Assembly (NCBI GenBank): GCA_022826705.1
Contig: JAJDUJ010000027.1
Location: 167,880-231,879 of the forward strand
Length of the DNA: 64,000 nucleotides
From: Acidimicrobiia bacterium
Lineage (GTDB): Bacteria > Actinomycetota > Acidimicrobiia > Acidimicrobiales > Bin134
Reading direction: 5' to 3'
The notes below the pieces were generated by a model. That model ran no database searches and was not told the DNA's origin. It worked only from the letters and a program-made list of their open reading frames with translations. Of this stretch, positions 29,014 through 37,946 are shown piece after piece (position 1 is the stretch's first letter; every line of letters begins with the position of its first letter). Both the position numbers and the translations under genes were made by a program.

Positions 29014-29283
29014 ATGAGCAACGCCCAGATTGTGTGGCTGAACACCGAGACCGCGGCAAAGCGGCTGGGGATCACTACGCGAACGCTGTACCGGTTCATC
29101 AACGAAGGGGGTTTGCCCGCCTATCGAATGGGCCGGGTAATCCGGGTCAAGCAGGCCGATGTGGATGCCTTCATAGAGAGCAGCCGCATCGAGCCCGGCA
29201 CACTCGGCCATCTGTATCCCGACCCTGTCTCTGTCGGCAGCGCCGACAAGGGAGAGGAAGGCGATGCAGACGCTGAGTCCTGA
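29014..29283 (+). CDS. Excisionase/MerR-type helix-turn-helix DNA-binding protein
   Basis: 89-aa ORF from ATG 29014: LNTETAAKRLGITTRTLYRFINEGGLPAYRMGRVIRVKQADVDAFI. Lies directly upstream of phoH. Confidence 0.75.
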   Translation: MSNAQIVWLNTETAAKRLGITTRTLYRFINEGGLPAYRMGRVIRVKQADVDAFIESSRIEPGTLGHLYPDPVSVGSADKGEEGDADAES

Positions 29284-30231
29284 ATGACCACCGCAGCGCC
29301 GGTCACCATAGACATCCCGCGCAATGGGCTCATGGCAGCCCTATTGGGCGAGCGCGATCAGCATCTTCGTCAGATCGAGCAGTCGTTCCCCGATGCCGAC
29401 ATCTTCGTGCGGGGCAACCGGATCACGGTATCGGGCCAAAGCGCCGACCGAGTGGCCGGTCTCTTCGATGAGATGATCCTGCTGGTGCAGGGCGGCCACC
29501 AACTCGATTCCCGCACGCTGGGCCGGGCGATCAAGATGGTGGAGGCCGATGAGAGCCCCTCGGGAGTGATGGACACCGACGTTCTGCGGTCGGGGCGGGG
29601 TCGGGTGATCCGGCCCCAATCGGGTGGCCAGCGCCGCTACGTCGACGCCATGCGGAGCAACATCATCACCTTCAGCATCGGCCCGGCTGGCACCGGCAAG
29701 AGCTGGCTGGCCGTGGCCACCGCGGTGCGGGAACTTAAGGCTCAGAGCGTGGAGCGGATCATTCTGACCCGGCCCGCGGTGGAAGCAGGGGAGCGCTTGG
29801 GGTTTCTGCCCGGTGACATGATTGCCAAGGTCGATCCCTATCTGCGCCCGCTCTACGATGCCCTCTACGACATGCTCGACACCGAGGAAGTGCAATCGCT
29901 GATCGACCGAGGGGTGATTGAGATCGCCCCGCTGGCCTACATGCGGGGCCGCACCCTCAACGACAGCTTCATCATTCTGGATGAGGCCCAGAACACCACC
30001 CCCGAGCAGATGAAGATGTTCTTGACCCGCATCGGCTTCGGCTCCAAAGCCGTGGTGACCGGCGACGTGACCCAGGTGGACGTCGAGGGGGGCCGCAGCG
30101 GGCTGGTCTCCCTGGAGAAGATCCTGGTCGGCATCGACGGCCTGTCGTTCATCCATCTGAGTTCTCGCGATGTGGTTCGCCACCCCATCGTGGCCGACAT
30201 TGTGAACGCCTACGAGCGGGCCGAGCAGTGA
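29284..30231 (+). CDS. phoH: PhoH-family ATPase
   Basis: 315-aa ORF with Walker A GPAGTGKSWLA, ILDEAQN, and the phoH-ybeY operon context. Confidence 0.9.
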   Translation: MTTAAPVTIDIPRNGLMAALLGERDQHLRQIEQSFPDADIFVRGNRITVSGQSADRVAGLFDEMILLVQGGHQLDSRTLGRAIKMVEADESPSGVMDTDVLRSGRGRVIRPQSGGQRRYVDAMRSNIITFSIGPAGTGKSWLAVATAVRELKAQSVERIILTRPAVEAGERLGFLPGDMIAKVDPYLRPLYDALYDMLDTEEVQSLIDRGVIEIAPLAYMRGRTLNDSFIILDEAQNTTPEQMKMFLTRIGFGSKAVVTGDVTQVDVEGGRSGLVSLEKILVGIDGLSFIHLSSRDVVRHPIVADIVNAYERAEQ

Positions 30232-30761
30232 TGGCCGACGGCGACTCCGGCCCGAGACCCGGCGACTCTGACTCTTATCACGAGGTGGTCGTGGTGTCCG
30301 ACCGCCAACAAGATCTGCTCGTGGCCCAAGACCGCTGGGCCAGGCTGCTTCGCCGGGTGCTGGCCGAAGAACGGGTAGCCGCCCCCTGGGAGGCGGGGCT
30401 GTCGTTCGTGGCCGCTGACGAGATGGCCGCCCTCAACGACGCGCACCGGGGCATCGACCGGCCCACCGATGTGCTGGCCTTTGGCGCCGACGACGGCAGC
30501 GCCCCCCGAGCTGACGACGAGCCCCGACTGGTGGGCGACGTGGTGATCTGTCCCTCGGTAGCTGCGTCCAACGCTGAGGTTCACGGCAGGACCGTCGACG
30601 ATGAGCTGGCCTTGCTCGTAGTACACGGCGCTCTGCACCTGTTGGGCTACGACCACCTCGACGACAACGACGCCCAGGTGATGGAGCAACGGGAGCGGGA
30701 GCTGCTGGCGAGGGCTTCGGCTGCGGACGCGCTGGCGGGGTCACGGGCGGGGTCGCGATGA
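30228..30761 (+). CDS. ybeY: rRNA maturation endoribonuclease YbeY
   Basis: Zinc-binding motif HGALHLLGYDH. ATGA overlap with phoH. Confidence 0.9.
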   Translation: MMADGDSGPRPGDSDSYHEVVVVSDRQQDLLVAQDRWARLLRRVLAEERVAAPWEAGLSFVAADEMAALNDAHRGIDRPTDVLAFGADDGSAPRADDEPRLVGDVVICPSVAASNAEVHGRTVDDELALLVVHGALHLLGYDHLDDNDAQVMEQRERELLARASAADALAGSRAGSR

Positions 30762-31600
30762 GCGTTCTCGGCCGATTCAATCTCCTGCGGCGGCTGGTGC
30801 GAGCCAGTTGGCGTCGGGAGGCGCCGCAAGTCTCCGAGGAAGAGCTGCTGGCCATGGCCGAAGCGGCCGAAGCGTCGGACGCTATTGAGCCCGAAGAACG
30901 GGAGCTGATCGGCCAGATCATCGAGTTTGGCGACACGGTGGTTCGAGAGGTGATGGTGCCCCGTACCGACACGGTGGCGATGAGCAATCAGCACACGGTG
31001 GAAGAGGCCATCGCCATCGTCATCGAGCACGGCTATAGCCGGGTGCCGGTGTACGCCGAGGGCATCGACGACGTGGTGGGAGTGGTCCACGCCAAAGACC
31101 TGATGCGCGCCGAGCGGGACCAGGGTCCCGGTTCTCCCGCAGTAGCGGTGGCCCGAACGCCCCGCTTCGTGCCCGAGACCAAGCGAATATCCCTTCTGTT
31201 GCGGGAGATGCAGGCCGAGAAGTTCCATATCGCCATCGTGGTGGACGAGTACGGCGGCACCGCCGGAGTGGTCACGCTGGAAGACCTCATCGAGGAGCTG
31301 GTGGGCGAGATCGTCGACGAGTTCGATGTGGAGGAGCCCATGATCGAGCGGGTGGCGCCCGGCACGGTGCGGGTCAACGGGCGGGTGCCCATCGACGAGC
31401 TCAGCGAAGTGCTGGACGCGCCCCTGCCCAACGGCGATTGGGACACGGTGGGCGGCCTGATCTTCAACACTCTGGGCCATGTGCCCGAAGAGGGGGAGAC
31501 GTTGGTGGTGGACGGTTGGGAGCTGTTGGTGGAGCGGGTGACCGGGCGGCGCATCGCCCGGGTTATCGTGAAACCGGTTCCCGACCCAGCCCAGACCTGA
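30758..31600 (+). CDS. CBS-pair + CorC/HlyC C-terminal domain protein (no DUF21 membrane domain)
   Basis: 280-aa ORF with FGDTVVREVMVPRTD, a CBS pair, and a CorC_HlyC-like tail. ATGA overlap with ybeY. Confidence 0.8.
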   Translation: MSVLGRFNLLRRLVRASWRREAPQVSEEELLAMAEAAEASDAIEPEERELIGQIIEFGDTVVREVMVPRTDTVAMSNQHTVEEAIAIVIEHGYSRVPVYAEGIDDVVGVVHAKDLMRAERDQGPGSPAVAVARTPRFVPETKRISLLLREMQAEKFHIAIVVDEYGGTAGVVTLEDLIEELVGEIVDEFDVEEPMIERVAPGTVRVNGRVPIDELSEVLDAPLPNGDWDTVGGLIFNTLGHVPEEGETLVVDGWELLVERVTGRRIARVIVKPVPDPAQT

Positions 31601-31628
31601 CCTGCCCGATTTATCGCCGGAGCGGGTA

Positions 31629-32240
31629 GTGGCCAAAGTGAGCTTGACCGAGGCCAGCCATGCGTTGGCCCAGACCTCAGAGGTGATGGCCGGACTCGTG
31701 CAGCGGTTCGGCCCGGCCCGATTCGGCCCCAAGCCCTCCGTGGGGGAGCGGTTCGAGGTGCTGAGCCGCGAGATCGCCTACCAGCAACTGGCCGGCAAGG
31801 CGGCCGGGGCAATTTGGGGTCGGGTGCGGGAGCAGGCGTCGGAGTGGGCACCGGGTGCGGTGCTGGCGCTGGGCGAGCAGCCGCTGCGAGAAGCAGGGTT
31901 GTCGGGGGCCAAGACCCGGGCGATGCTCGACCTTGCCGCCCACTGCGAGCAGGGCTTGCTGGACTTGGCCAAGCTGGGGCGGCTGTCCGATCAAGAGGTG
32001 GTCGACCGGCTCAGCCAGGTGTGGGGCATCGGCACCTGGACCGCCCATATGTTCTTGATCTTCTCGCTCCGCCGCCTGGATGTGTGGCCGGTGGGCGACT
32101 TCGGCGTCCGCAAAGGGTACGGCCTGGCCCACAACTGGACCGAGCCCCCCACCGCCGAGGAATTGGAACCACTGGGCGATCAGTTCCGCCCCTACCGCAG
32201 CGTCGCCGCCTGGTACTGCTGGCGAGCCACCGAGATCTGA
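31629..32240 (+). CDS. HhH-GPD DNA glycosylase (DNA-3-methyladenine glycosylase II / AlkA-like)
   Basis: 203-aa ORF with the helix-hairpin-helix region VWGIGTWTAHMFLIF...DVWPVGDFGVRKG. Confidence 0.75.
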   Translation: MAKVSLTEASHALAQTSEVMAGLVQRFGPARFGPKPSVGERFEVLSREIAYQQLAGKAAGAIWGRVREQASEWAPGAVLALGEQPLREAGLSGAKTRAMLDLAAHCEQGLLDLAKLGRLSDQEVVDRLSQVWGIGTWTAHMFLIFSLRRLDVWPVGDFGVRKGYGLAHNWTEPPTAEELEPLGDQFRPYRSVAAWYCWRATEI

Positions 32241-32289
32241 CGTTCCCAAGGGGGCATTGCCAGGGGATGGCCGGGGATATGCTGGCTCG

Positions 32290-33033
32290 ATGTCTGAGGC
32301 AACATCTGCCGCGCCGGCTGCCTATGCGGTCGGTGCCGCCAAGTATTACGGAAGCGGTGCCGCCGAAGTTCGGGCCCTTGACGGCTTGGACGTGGCCTTC
32401 GCACCCGGCGAGTTCACCGCCATCATGGGTCCGTCGGGGTCGGGCAAGTCCACGCTGATGCACTGCATGGCCGGCCTCGACACCCTCACCTCCGGCCATG
32501 TCTACATCGACGGCGAGGATGTGAGCGCCATGTCCGACCGTCAGCGCACAGTGCTGCGGCGCGAGAAGCTGGGCTTCATCTTTCAGGCCTTCAACCTGGT
32601 TCCCATGCTCAACGCCAGGGCCAACATCGTGCTGCCCCAGCGACTGGCCGGGCACGACCCCGACGAAGGCTGGCTGAACGAGGTGGTCTCCACCGTAGGG
32701 CTGGCCGATCGCCTGGACCACCGCCCCAGCGAGCTTTCCGGGGGACAGCAGCAGCGGGTTGCCGTGTCGCGGGCGTTGGCCTCGAAGCCGAAGCTGGTCT
32801 TTGCCGACGAGCCCACCGGGAACCTCGACAGCACCACCAGCAATGAGATCCTCACCTTCATGCGTCAGGCGGTCGACGACCTGGGCCAGACCATCGTGAT
32901 GGTCACTCACGACCCCAAGGCGGCCTCCTACGCCGATCGGGTTGTGTTCCTCGTGGACGGCCAGATCGCCAATGAGATGCGCGATCCCACCAGCGATGCG
33001 GTGCTCGACCACATGAAGACGCTGGGCAACTGA
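32290..33033 (+). CDS. ABC transporter ATP-binding protein (MacB/LolD-type)
   Basis: Start moved to ATG 32290 (MSEATS...). Walker A GPSGSGKST, signature LSGGQQQRV, Walker B LVFADEPTGNLD. Confidence 0.9.
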   Translation: MSEATSAAPAAYAVGAAKYYGSGAAEVRALDGLDVAFAPGEFTAIMGPSGSGKSTLMHCMAGLDTLTSGHVYIDGEDVSAMSDRQRTVLRREKLGFIFQAFNLVPMLNARANIVLPQRLAGHDPDEGWLNEVVSTVGLADRLDHRPSELSGGQQQRVAVSRALASKPKLVFADEPTGNLDSTTSNEILTFMRQAVDDLGQTIVMVTHDPKAASYADRVVFLVDGQIANEMRDPTSDAVLDHMKTLGN

Positions 33034-33039
33034 CCCGAC

Positions 33040-35556
33040 ATGCTCTCGATCGCTCTGCTGAGAGTCGTCCAAAACCCCTTCCGGTACGTCGCCACCGCTC
33101 TCGCCATCATCTTGGGGATCGCCTTCTTCACCGCCACCTCGGTGCTGACGACCTCATTCGAGAAGTCGCTCAATACCAGCATCGAAGAGAGCTTCAAGGA
33201 CGTCGACGTCGCCGTGCGCTCGACGAACAAGATCGACACTCCGGTGTTCGACGCCCGCGAGCGCATACCGGCATCACTGGCCGATGAGATCGCGGCCGTT
33301 GAGGGAGTGGCCGGCACATTTCCCTATCTCGCAGGGTACGCCCAGGCCGTCACCGCCGAAGGCAAGACGATTGGCGGCGCCGATGCCGGGGCGCAGGGAA
33401 TCGCCTGGATCGACGACCCCGTAGCCAACCCGTTCGATGTCGTGGAAGGCCGGGCACCGGTTGCCGCCAATGAGATCGTCATCGACGCCGACACCTTTGA
33501 GAGCGGCGACTTTGCCTTGGGCCAATCAGTGTGGGTGCTGCCCGCGCCGGCCAGCTCGCCGTTCACGGTGACCGGCGTCATCCTCGACCGCGAAGGTAGC
33601 TTCCCGGGCCAGGTGGTGTCCTTCACCTTGGATGGGGCATTGGCGGTATTGGGCACCTCCGATGTGGATCAGATTTTCGTAGAGGCCGACGACGGCGTTG
33701 ATCCCCTCGTGCTCGCGGAGCGGATCAACCAGCAGTTCGGCGGAGAGATCGAGGCCGTCACCGGAAATACCCTGGTGAGCGAGTTCCAAGATGTGATTGG
33801 CTCGTTCGCCAGGATCATTGAGATCGCCCTCCAGATCTTTGCCGGTGTGGCGCTGTTCGTCGGTGCGTTCGTGATCTACAACACCTTCACGATCACCGTC
33901 GCCCAGCGGATGCGGGAGATGGCCCTGCTGCGGGCGATCGGGGCCTCCCGCCGCCAGGTGACGGTCAGCGTCATGGCTGAGTCGACGGCCATCGGCCTGG
34001 TGGCATCGGCTCTCGGAGCGGCCGCGGGAATCGGAATCGGTTGGATACTGCTCCGGCTCCTGAGCGGTTTTCTCGGAGACTTGGACATGAGCCTGCACGT
34101 CCCGACCGGCGCGCTCGTCGGCGGGGTATTGCTGGGCACGGTGATAACCGTGGCCGCTGCGTATTTCCCGGCGCGCCGGGGCGCGCGAGTAGACCCGGTG
34201 CAAGCGCTTCGCGAGACGGCCACCGAGACCGTGCTGGCCAGCCGGGGCCGCTCCCTCGCCGGGTTCGCGGTATTGGCTGCGGGACTCGCCATCACAATCT
34301 GGGCCGCCCTCGGCGGCGACTCCCGGCTGCTCATTGCCGCGGTCCCGCTGGTGGTCATCGCCGCTGTGGTGCTCGGCCCGGTAGTGGTACGACCGCTCAG
34401 CCATCTGCTCGCCGCACCATGGGTTCGCTCCGGCTCGATTACAGCAGAACTGGCACGCGACAACGCCTCCCGCAACCCCAAGCGCACCGCCACCACCTCG
34501 CTCACGCTGATGATCGGGGTGGCCCTGATCGCCACCGCCACCATGTTCGCGGCCACGCTGAGCAACCTCATCGCCGGAGACCTCGATGAGGAGCTGTTGG
34601 CCGACCACGTGGTGGAGATCAACTCCAACCTGACCTTTGTCGGCGCGGGCCTCGACCCCGAGACCGCATCCGAGATCGCAGCCATCGACGGTGTGGCGGC
34701 CGCAGTAGCGGTGCGCGACTCATTTGCTGAGATCGACGGCTCCTTCACCCCTGTCACCGGCATCGACACCGCGCAAGTGACGCTGGTGGCAGACATCGAA
34801 GTGGTCGACGGCACGGTGACTGGTCTGGGCGCCGATGAAGTGGCGGTGAGTATTGATACCGCGGAAGACGAAGAGCTCGCCGTCGGCGACCGCGTCGCGG
34901 TGCGGTTCCAGCAGGGTGCCGCCAGCCTGGTGGTGGCCGGAATCTACGACCGCGGCGAACAGCTCTTGCAGAGCTGGCTAGTGGACAACGCTGTTCTCGA
35001 CGCCAACCTGCCCCGCAGTCTCGACACTCGAATTCTCATCCGCACCGACGGCGCCGACGCGGCAATGCTGGCCCAAATCGATGAAGCGCTCGCCGGCAAC
35101 CCCACTGCCAGTGCCAAGAGCCGCGACGACTACATCGACGATCAGGCTGGCCAGCTCTCCGGTCTGCTCACGCTGTTGTACGCGCTGCTCGGCATGTCGG
35201 TGGTGGTCGCCCTGCTCGGCATCGTGAACACGATGTCGCTTTCGATCTATGAGCGCACCCGCGAACTGGGGCTGTTACGGGCCGTCGGGATGACCAGCCG
35301 ACAGCTTCGTCGTGCAGTCCGCTACGAGTCGGCCATCATTGCTCTGATCGGCACCCTTGCGGGGCTGGTCCTTGGCGTTTTCTTGGGCTGGGCCGCCTTC
35401 GATGCCCTCGGTGTGGGCTACTCCGACTTCACCGTGCCGTGGGGATCGCTGATCGCCATCGGCGTCGCCGGCCTCGTCGCCGGCCTCCTTTCCGGGGTCC
35501 TTCCCGCCCGCCGAGCAGGCCGATTGGAAGTGCTCGACGCAATCGCAGCGCCCTAG
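33040..35556 (+). CDS. FtsX-family ABC permease with two FtsX domains (MacB-like)
   Basis: 838-aa ORF with two MacB-type periplasmic regions, each followed by an FtsX 4-TM module (LRAIGASRRQV, LRAVGMTSRQL). Confidence 0.85.
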   Translation: MLSIALLRVVQNPFRYVATALAIILGIAFFTATSVLTTSFEKSLNTSIEESFKDVDVAVRSTNKIDTPVFDARERIPASLADEIAAVEGVAGTFPYLAGYAQAVTAEGKTIGGADAGAQGIAWIDDPVANPFDVVEGRAPVAANEIVIDADTFESGDFALGQSVWVLPAPASSPFTVTGVILDREGSFPGQVVSFTLDGALAVLGTSDVDQIFVEADDGVDPLVLAERINQQFGGEIEAVTGNTLVSEFQDVIGSFARIIEIALQIFAGVALFVGAFVIYNTFTITVAQRMREMALLRAIGASRRQVTVSVMAESTAIGLVASALGAAAGIGIGWILLRLLSGFLGDLDMSLHVPTGALVGGVLLGTVITVAAAYFPARRGARVDPVQALRETATETVLASRGRSLAGFAVLAAGLAITIWAALGGDSRLLIAAVPLVVIAAVVLGPVVVRPLSHLLAAPWVRSGSITAELARDNASRNPKRTATTSLTLMIGVALIATATMFAATLSNLIAGDLDEELLADHVVEINSNLTFVGAGLDPETASEIAAIDGVAAAVAVRDSFAEIDGSFTPVTGIDTAQVTLVADIEVVDGTVTGLGADEVAVSIDTAEDEELAVGDRVAVRFQQGAASLVVAGIYDRGEQLLQSWLVDNAVLDANLPRSLDTRILIRTDGADAAMLAQIDEALAGNPTASAKSRDDYIDDQAGQLSGLLTLLYALLGMSVVVALLGIVNTMSLSIYERTRELGLLRAVGMTSRQLRRAVRYESAIIALIGTLAGLVLGVFLGWAAFDALGVGYSDFTVPWGSLIAIGVAGLVAGLLSGVLPARRAGRLEVLDAIAAP

Positions 35557-35713
35557 AGGTGGATCGCAGACCGGCAATCAGCGGCGCGTGGATTACTAAC
35601 CCGGCCTAGACGGTGTTTACATTCTTGCCAGTTGAGTTGACAGAAGAGGTGGTTTGTAGGGTGGTGACCAGCGGTTATACCAATGCTACGGCCTTGTAAA
35701 AAGGGCGTTGGTG

Positions 35714-35752
35714 GCCCCCGCCATGCTGGCTGTATGGCGGGGGCTTTCGCTT
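35714..35752. terminator. Bidirectional terminator-like hairpin between the convergent FtsX gene and the island ORFs
   Basis: Perfect 11-bp stem gcccccgccat/atggcgggggc with a 9-nt loop. TTTCGCTT follows on the plus strand and a CTTTTT run lies nearby on the minus strand. Confidence 0.65.
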
Positions 35753-35807
35753 CATGGACGCAGTGTGGCAAGCCGGGAGCGAGGGTAGGGCGATGTCCCA
35801 CTGTGGG

Positions 35808-36050
35808 TTACCGGGAGGTCCCCGCCCGGTCGACTAGGCGCCTTACCTCTCTCCGTAGCGCGTCGGGAGCGACCCCGGCAACGCAAAGGCCGACGAGAAC
35901 GACGACCACTGCCAACCATCGGGGCAGGTCGATGAGAGTGGTGAATGCGCCCACCCAACCGAGGAGCACGGCGAGGAAAATCCAGTAGTCCAGGACGCTT
36001 CTCTTATTGAACGCTTCGAGTAGCCTCTTGATCGCTTCGAGTAGCCTCAT
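35808..36050 (-). CDS. Small membrane protein (80 aa, 2 TM), hypothetical
   Basis: AGGGGG lies 6 nt upstream of ATG 36050. Hydrophobic segments YWIFLAVLLGWVGAFTTLI and LAVVVVLVGLCVAGV. ATGA overlap with the preceding micro-ORF. Confidence 0.6.
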   Translation of the reverse strand: MRLLEAIKRLLEAFNKRSVLDYWIFLAVLLGWVGAFTTLIDLPRWLAVVVVLVGLCVAGVAPDALRREVRRLVDRAGTSR

Positions 36051-36127
36051 CGACGCCCCCTGGCGATGTAGAGGCCGGTACCGATGGCGACGGCCAGCAC
36101 GATCAGGAAGAACTCGTAGAAGCCCAT
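36047..36127 (-). CDS. Candidate 26-aa single-TM micro-protein (MGFYEFFLIVLAVAIGTGLYIARGRR)
   Basis: Its ATG shares one nucleotide with the upstream stop (TGATG), and its stop overlaps the downstream ATG (ATGA). It has a hydrophobic core and a basic tail. Confidence 0.35.
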   Translation of the reverse strand: MGFYEFFLIVLAVAIGTGLYIARGRR

Positions 36128-36366
36128 CAGCCCGTCTTGACCTGTTCGTCGTCCCAGTAGAAGATTTTCGGGACGTGCCGCCTGACCCCGTTGAGTAGTG
36201 GTGTACCGACGAGCATCGCCACCGCTGCGAACCAGTACCAGGTGTTGGTGGCGGCCTGGGCGAAGGTCAACGTTCCGAACAGGCAGGCGAAACCGGTCCA
36301 CCACTCCACCCGTTTACGGTATAGCCACCGGGGTAGCTTTACCGGCCGGGAGAAGCGTCCTGGCAT
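36127..36366 (-). CDS. Small membrane protein (79 aa from ATG 36366), hypothetical
   Basis: The ORF is open to 36471, but that part is antisense to the transposase relic. Hydrophobic segments WWTGFACLFGTLTF and WYWFAAVAMLVGTPLL. Confidence 0.45.
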   Translation of the reverse strand: MPGRFSRPVKLPRWLYRKRVEWWTGFACLFGTLTFAQAATNTWYWFAAVAMLVGTPLLNGVRRHVPKIFYWDDEQVKTG

Positions 36367-36369
36367 GGT

Positions 36370-36900
36370 CTCGACGATAGCCGACCTAGCAGTACCGCCT
36401 AGCAGTACCGCCATCAAAGCCCACCAGCACTCGGCGGGCGCAAAAAGCGGTTTGACCCCCGAGAAGTCCAAGACCCAGCAGGGGATCGGGAGGACTCACG
36501 GGGGTCTTAACTCGAAGGTGGTGCCGGTGTGCGACAAACAGGGTCTTATCTGTTCGTTCACGTTGGCTCCCGGTCCACGGTAGGAAGTGAAACTAGCCGG
36601 TGAGGTGGTTGGCGGGTTGGGTTGTGTGGGCCGGTTCCTGGGGGACAAGGCCTACGAAAGTTGTTCCCTCCGAACCCAGGTCGAACAGCTTGGGGTGGAG
36701 GTGGTGATCCCGTACCGGCGTACCGTGAAACGGCCGGGACCCTGTGACATGGAAGCGTACAAAGCCCGCCACTTGGTGGAGAACGCTTTCGCCGACTTGA
36801 AACAGTTCCGGGGTATCGCGACCCGTTACTGCAAGCTGGCTTTGACGTTCGGGGAGATGTTCGCCCTGTGCTATTGGCTCATATCAGGCTGGCAAGACAT
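36370..36900 (+). pseudogene. IS5/IS4-superfamily (IS427/IS1031-like) DDE transposase relic, 5'-truncated and with an in-frame TAG
   Basis: Contains AIKAHQHSAGAK...GIGRTHGGLNSKV and GDKAYES...YKARHLVENAFADLKQFRGIATRYCK (Y-x2-R-x3-E-x6-K signature). In-frame stop at 36581-36583. The N-terminal ~100 aa and inverted repeats were not found. Confidence 0.8.
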
Positions 36901-36995
36901 ACCCGGCGATGAGCGTCTTTTGACCGCGGGCACACTGCCGACCTGCGCGAGAACCGGGGAGGCCCAAGATGGGACGAGGATTTGCTGAGGATCGT

Positions 36996-37898
36996 TTACT
37001 TGGCCTTTGCCCATCCGGCTATGTGATTGCCGCTTATGGGCATGTCCCTAGCTCTCAAGAGCAAACCGGGCGGAAAATGCCAATACTTCGCCAGCAGCCT
37101 GATTCTTCGCGTTGGCCAGAGCTCGAACGGCAAGCCGAACACCCATGTGGCCGCGAACAGCGCCGCTGTCAACACAGAGACCTCTGAGACTGGATAGAAG
37201 ATCCAAAAGTCGAACACCGTGAACTCCTCGACGACACGAAGGACGCAGAACACCGCAAACAGGCCATGAACAAACCCGACGATTGACGGCAGCGGCAAGA
37301 AGCGGGATGTCTTGGCGCGATCAGCCCACGAGTTTCTGAGGCTGCGGGCCCTGATGGCGGCGCGCGCCTTCACCCGGGCTTTGTCGCGGCAGGGGATCAA
37401 TGTCAGGACCATCGCGTCTCCACCGTCAAGATGGGCGTTCAGGTTCGCGGCGAGGCCCTTGAGATAATCATTGCCGGGCCTCGGGACCTTCGAATCTCCG
37501 GAAGCCCCGTTAGACCTGACATAAGAGATCCTCCAGCCGGAAGCTCGGGCGATCCCAGTCGGGGGAGCGCACTGCGTCGCCACGCACCCCGCGGCTTCGG
37601 CGACATGGTGGGCAACTACATCGTCTTTCTCGGCGCTCGTGCCGATCCACACCCGCGGGGCGGCGCCGGGCTGGCGGACTCTCACGATCACCAAAGAGCG
37701 CGCCGGCCACCATCCACTCTTCAGTTCTTGCAGGGCGAATCCCACTCTCAAGGGCTTCACGCTGTCCTTCGAGTGCGTCAGCTCCCACCACTTGCGCTTT
37801 CGCGCCCACATCGGCTGACGCCTCGACAACAACACGGAAACAACAGCAAGCACGGCCCCAAAAGCGACGAACAGCAGCGATGCCATGAAAGATCCCAC
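36996..37898 (-). CDS. Hypothetical membrane protein (300 aa; N-terminal TM, soluble middle, 2 C-terminal TM), third gene of the island operon
   Basis: Begins 48 nt after the STAND gene stop. Start is GTG 37898 or ATG 37886 (GGGA 6 nt upstream). TM segments ASLLFVAFGAVLAVVSVLL, IVGFVHGLFAVFCVLRVV and VLTAALFAATWVFGLPF. No family recognised. Confidence 0.6.
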   Translation of the reverse strand: MGSFMASLLFVAFGAVLAVVSVLLSRRQPMWARKRKWWELTHSKDSVKPLRVGFALQELKSGWWPARSLVIVRVRQPGAAPRVWIGTSAEKDDVVAHHVAEAAGCVATQCAPPTGIARASGWRISYVRSNGASGDSKVPRPGNDYLKGLAANLNAHLDGGDAMVLTLIPCRDKARVKARAAIRARSLRNSWADRAKTSRFLPLPSIVGFVHGLFAVFCVLRVVEEFTVFDFWIFYPVSEVSVLTAALFAATWVFGLPFELWPTRRIRLLAKYWHFPPGLLLRARDMPISGNHIAGWAKAK

Positions 37899-37946
37899 TC
37901 TAACCGCCGAGAAGGGACGAGGCTCTGCGGTCAGTATGGGACCTAC

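Noticed and set aside
35557-35810. Searched by eye for a duplicated copy of the ssrA 3' end (attL/attR) at the distal island border
   Set aside because: Only a 7-nt coincidence (agggtgg) was found, with nothing resembling ggaatcgaaccc. The island boundary therefore rests on composition and content, not on att repeats.
36191-36369. N-terminal part of the 130-aa plus-strand ORF preceding the transposase homology
   Set aside because: Similarity to IS5-family transposases only begins near residue 60 (…STAIKAHQHSAG). The upstream part is better explained by the minus-strand small membrane ORF.
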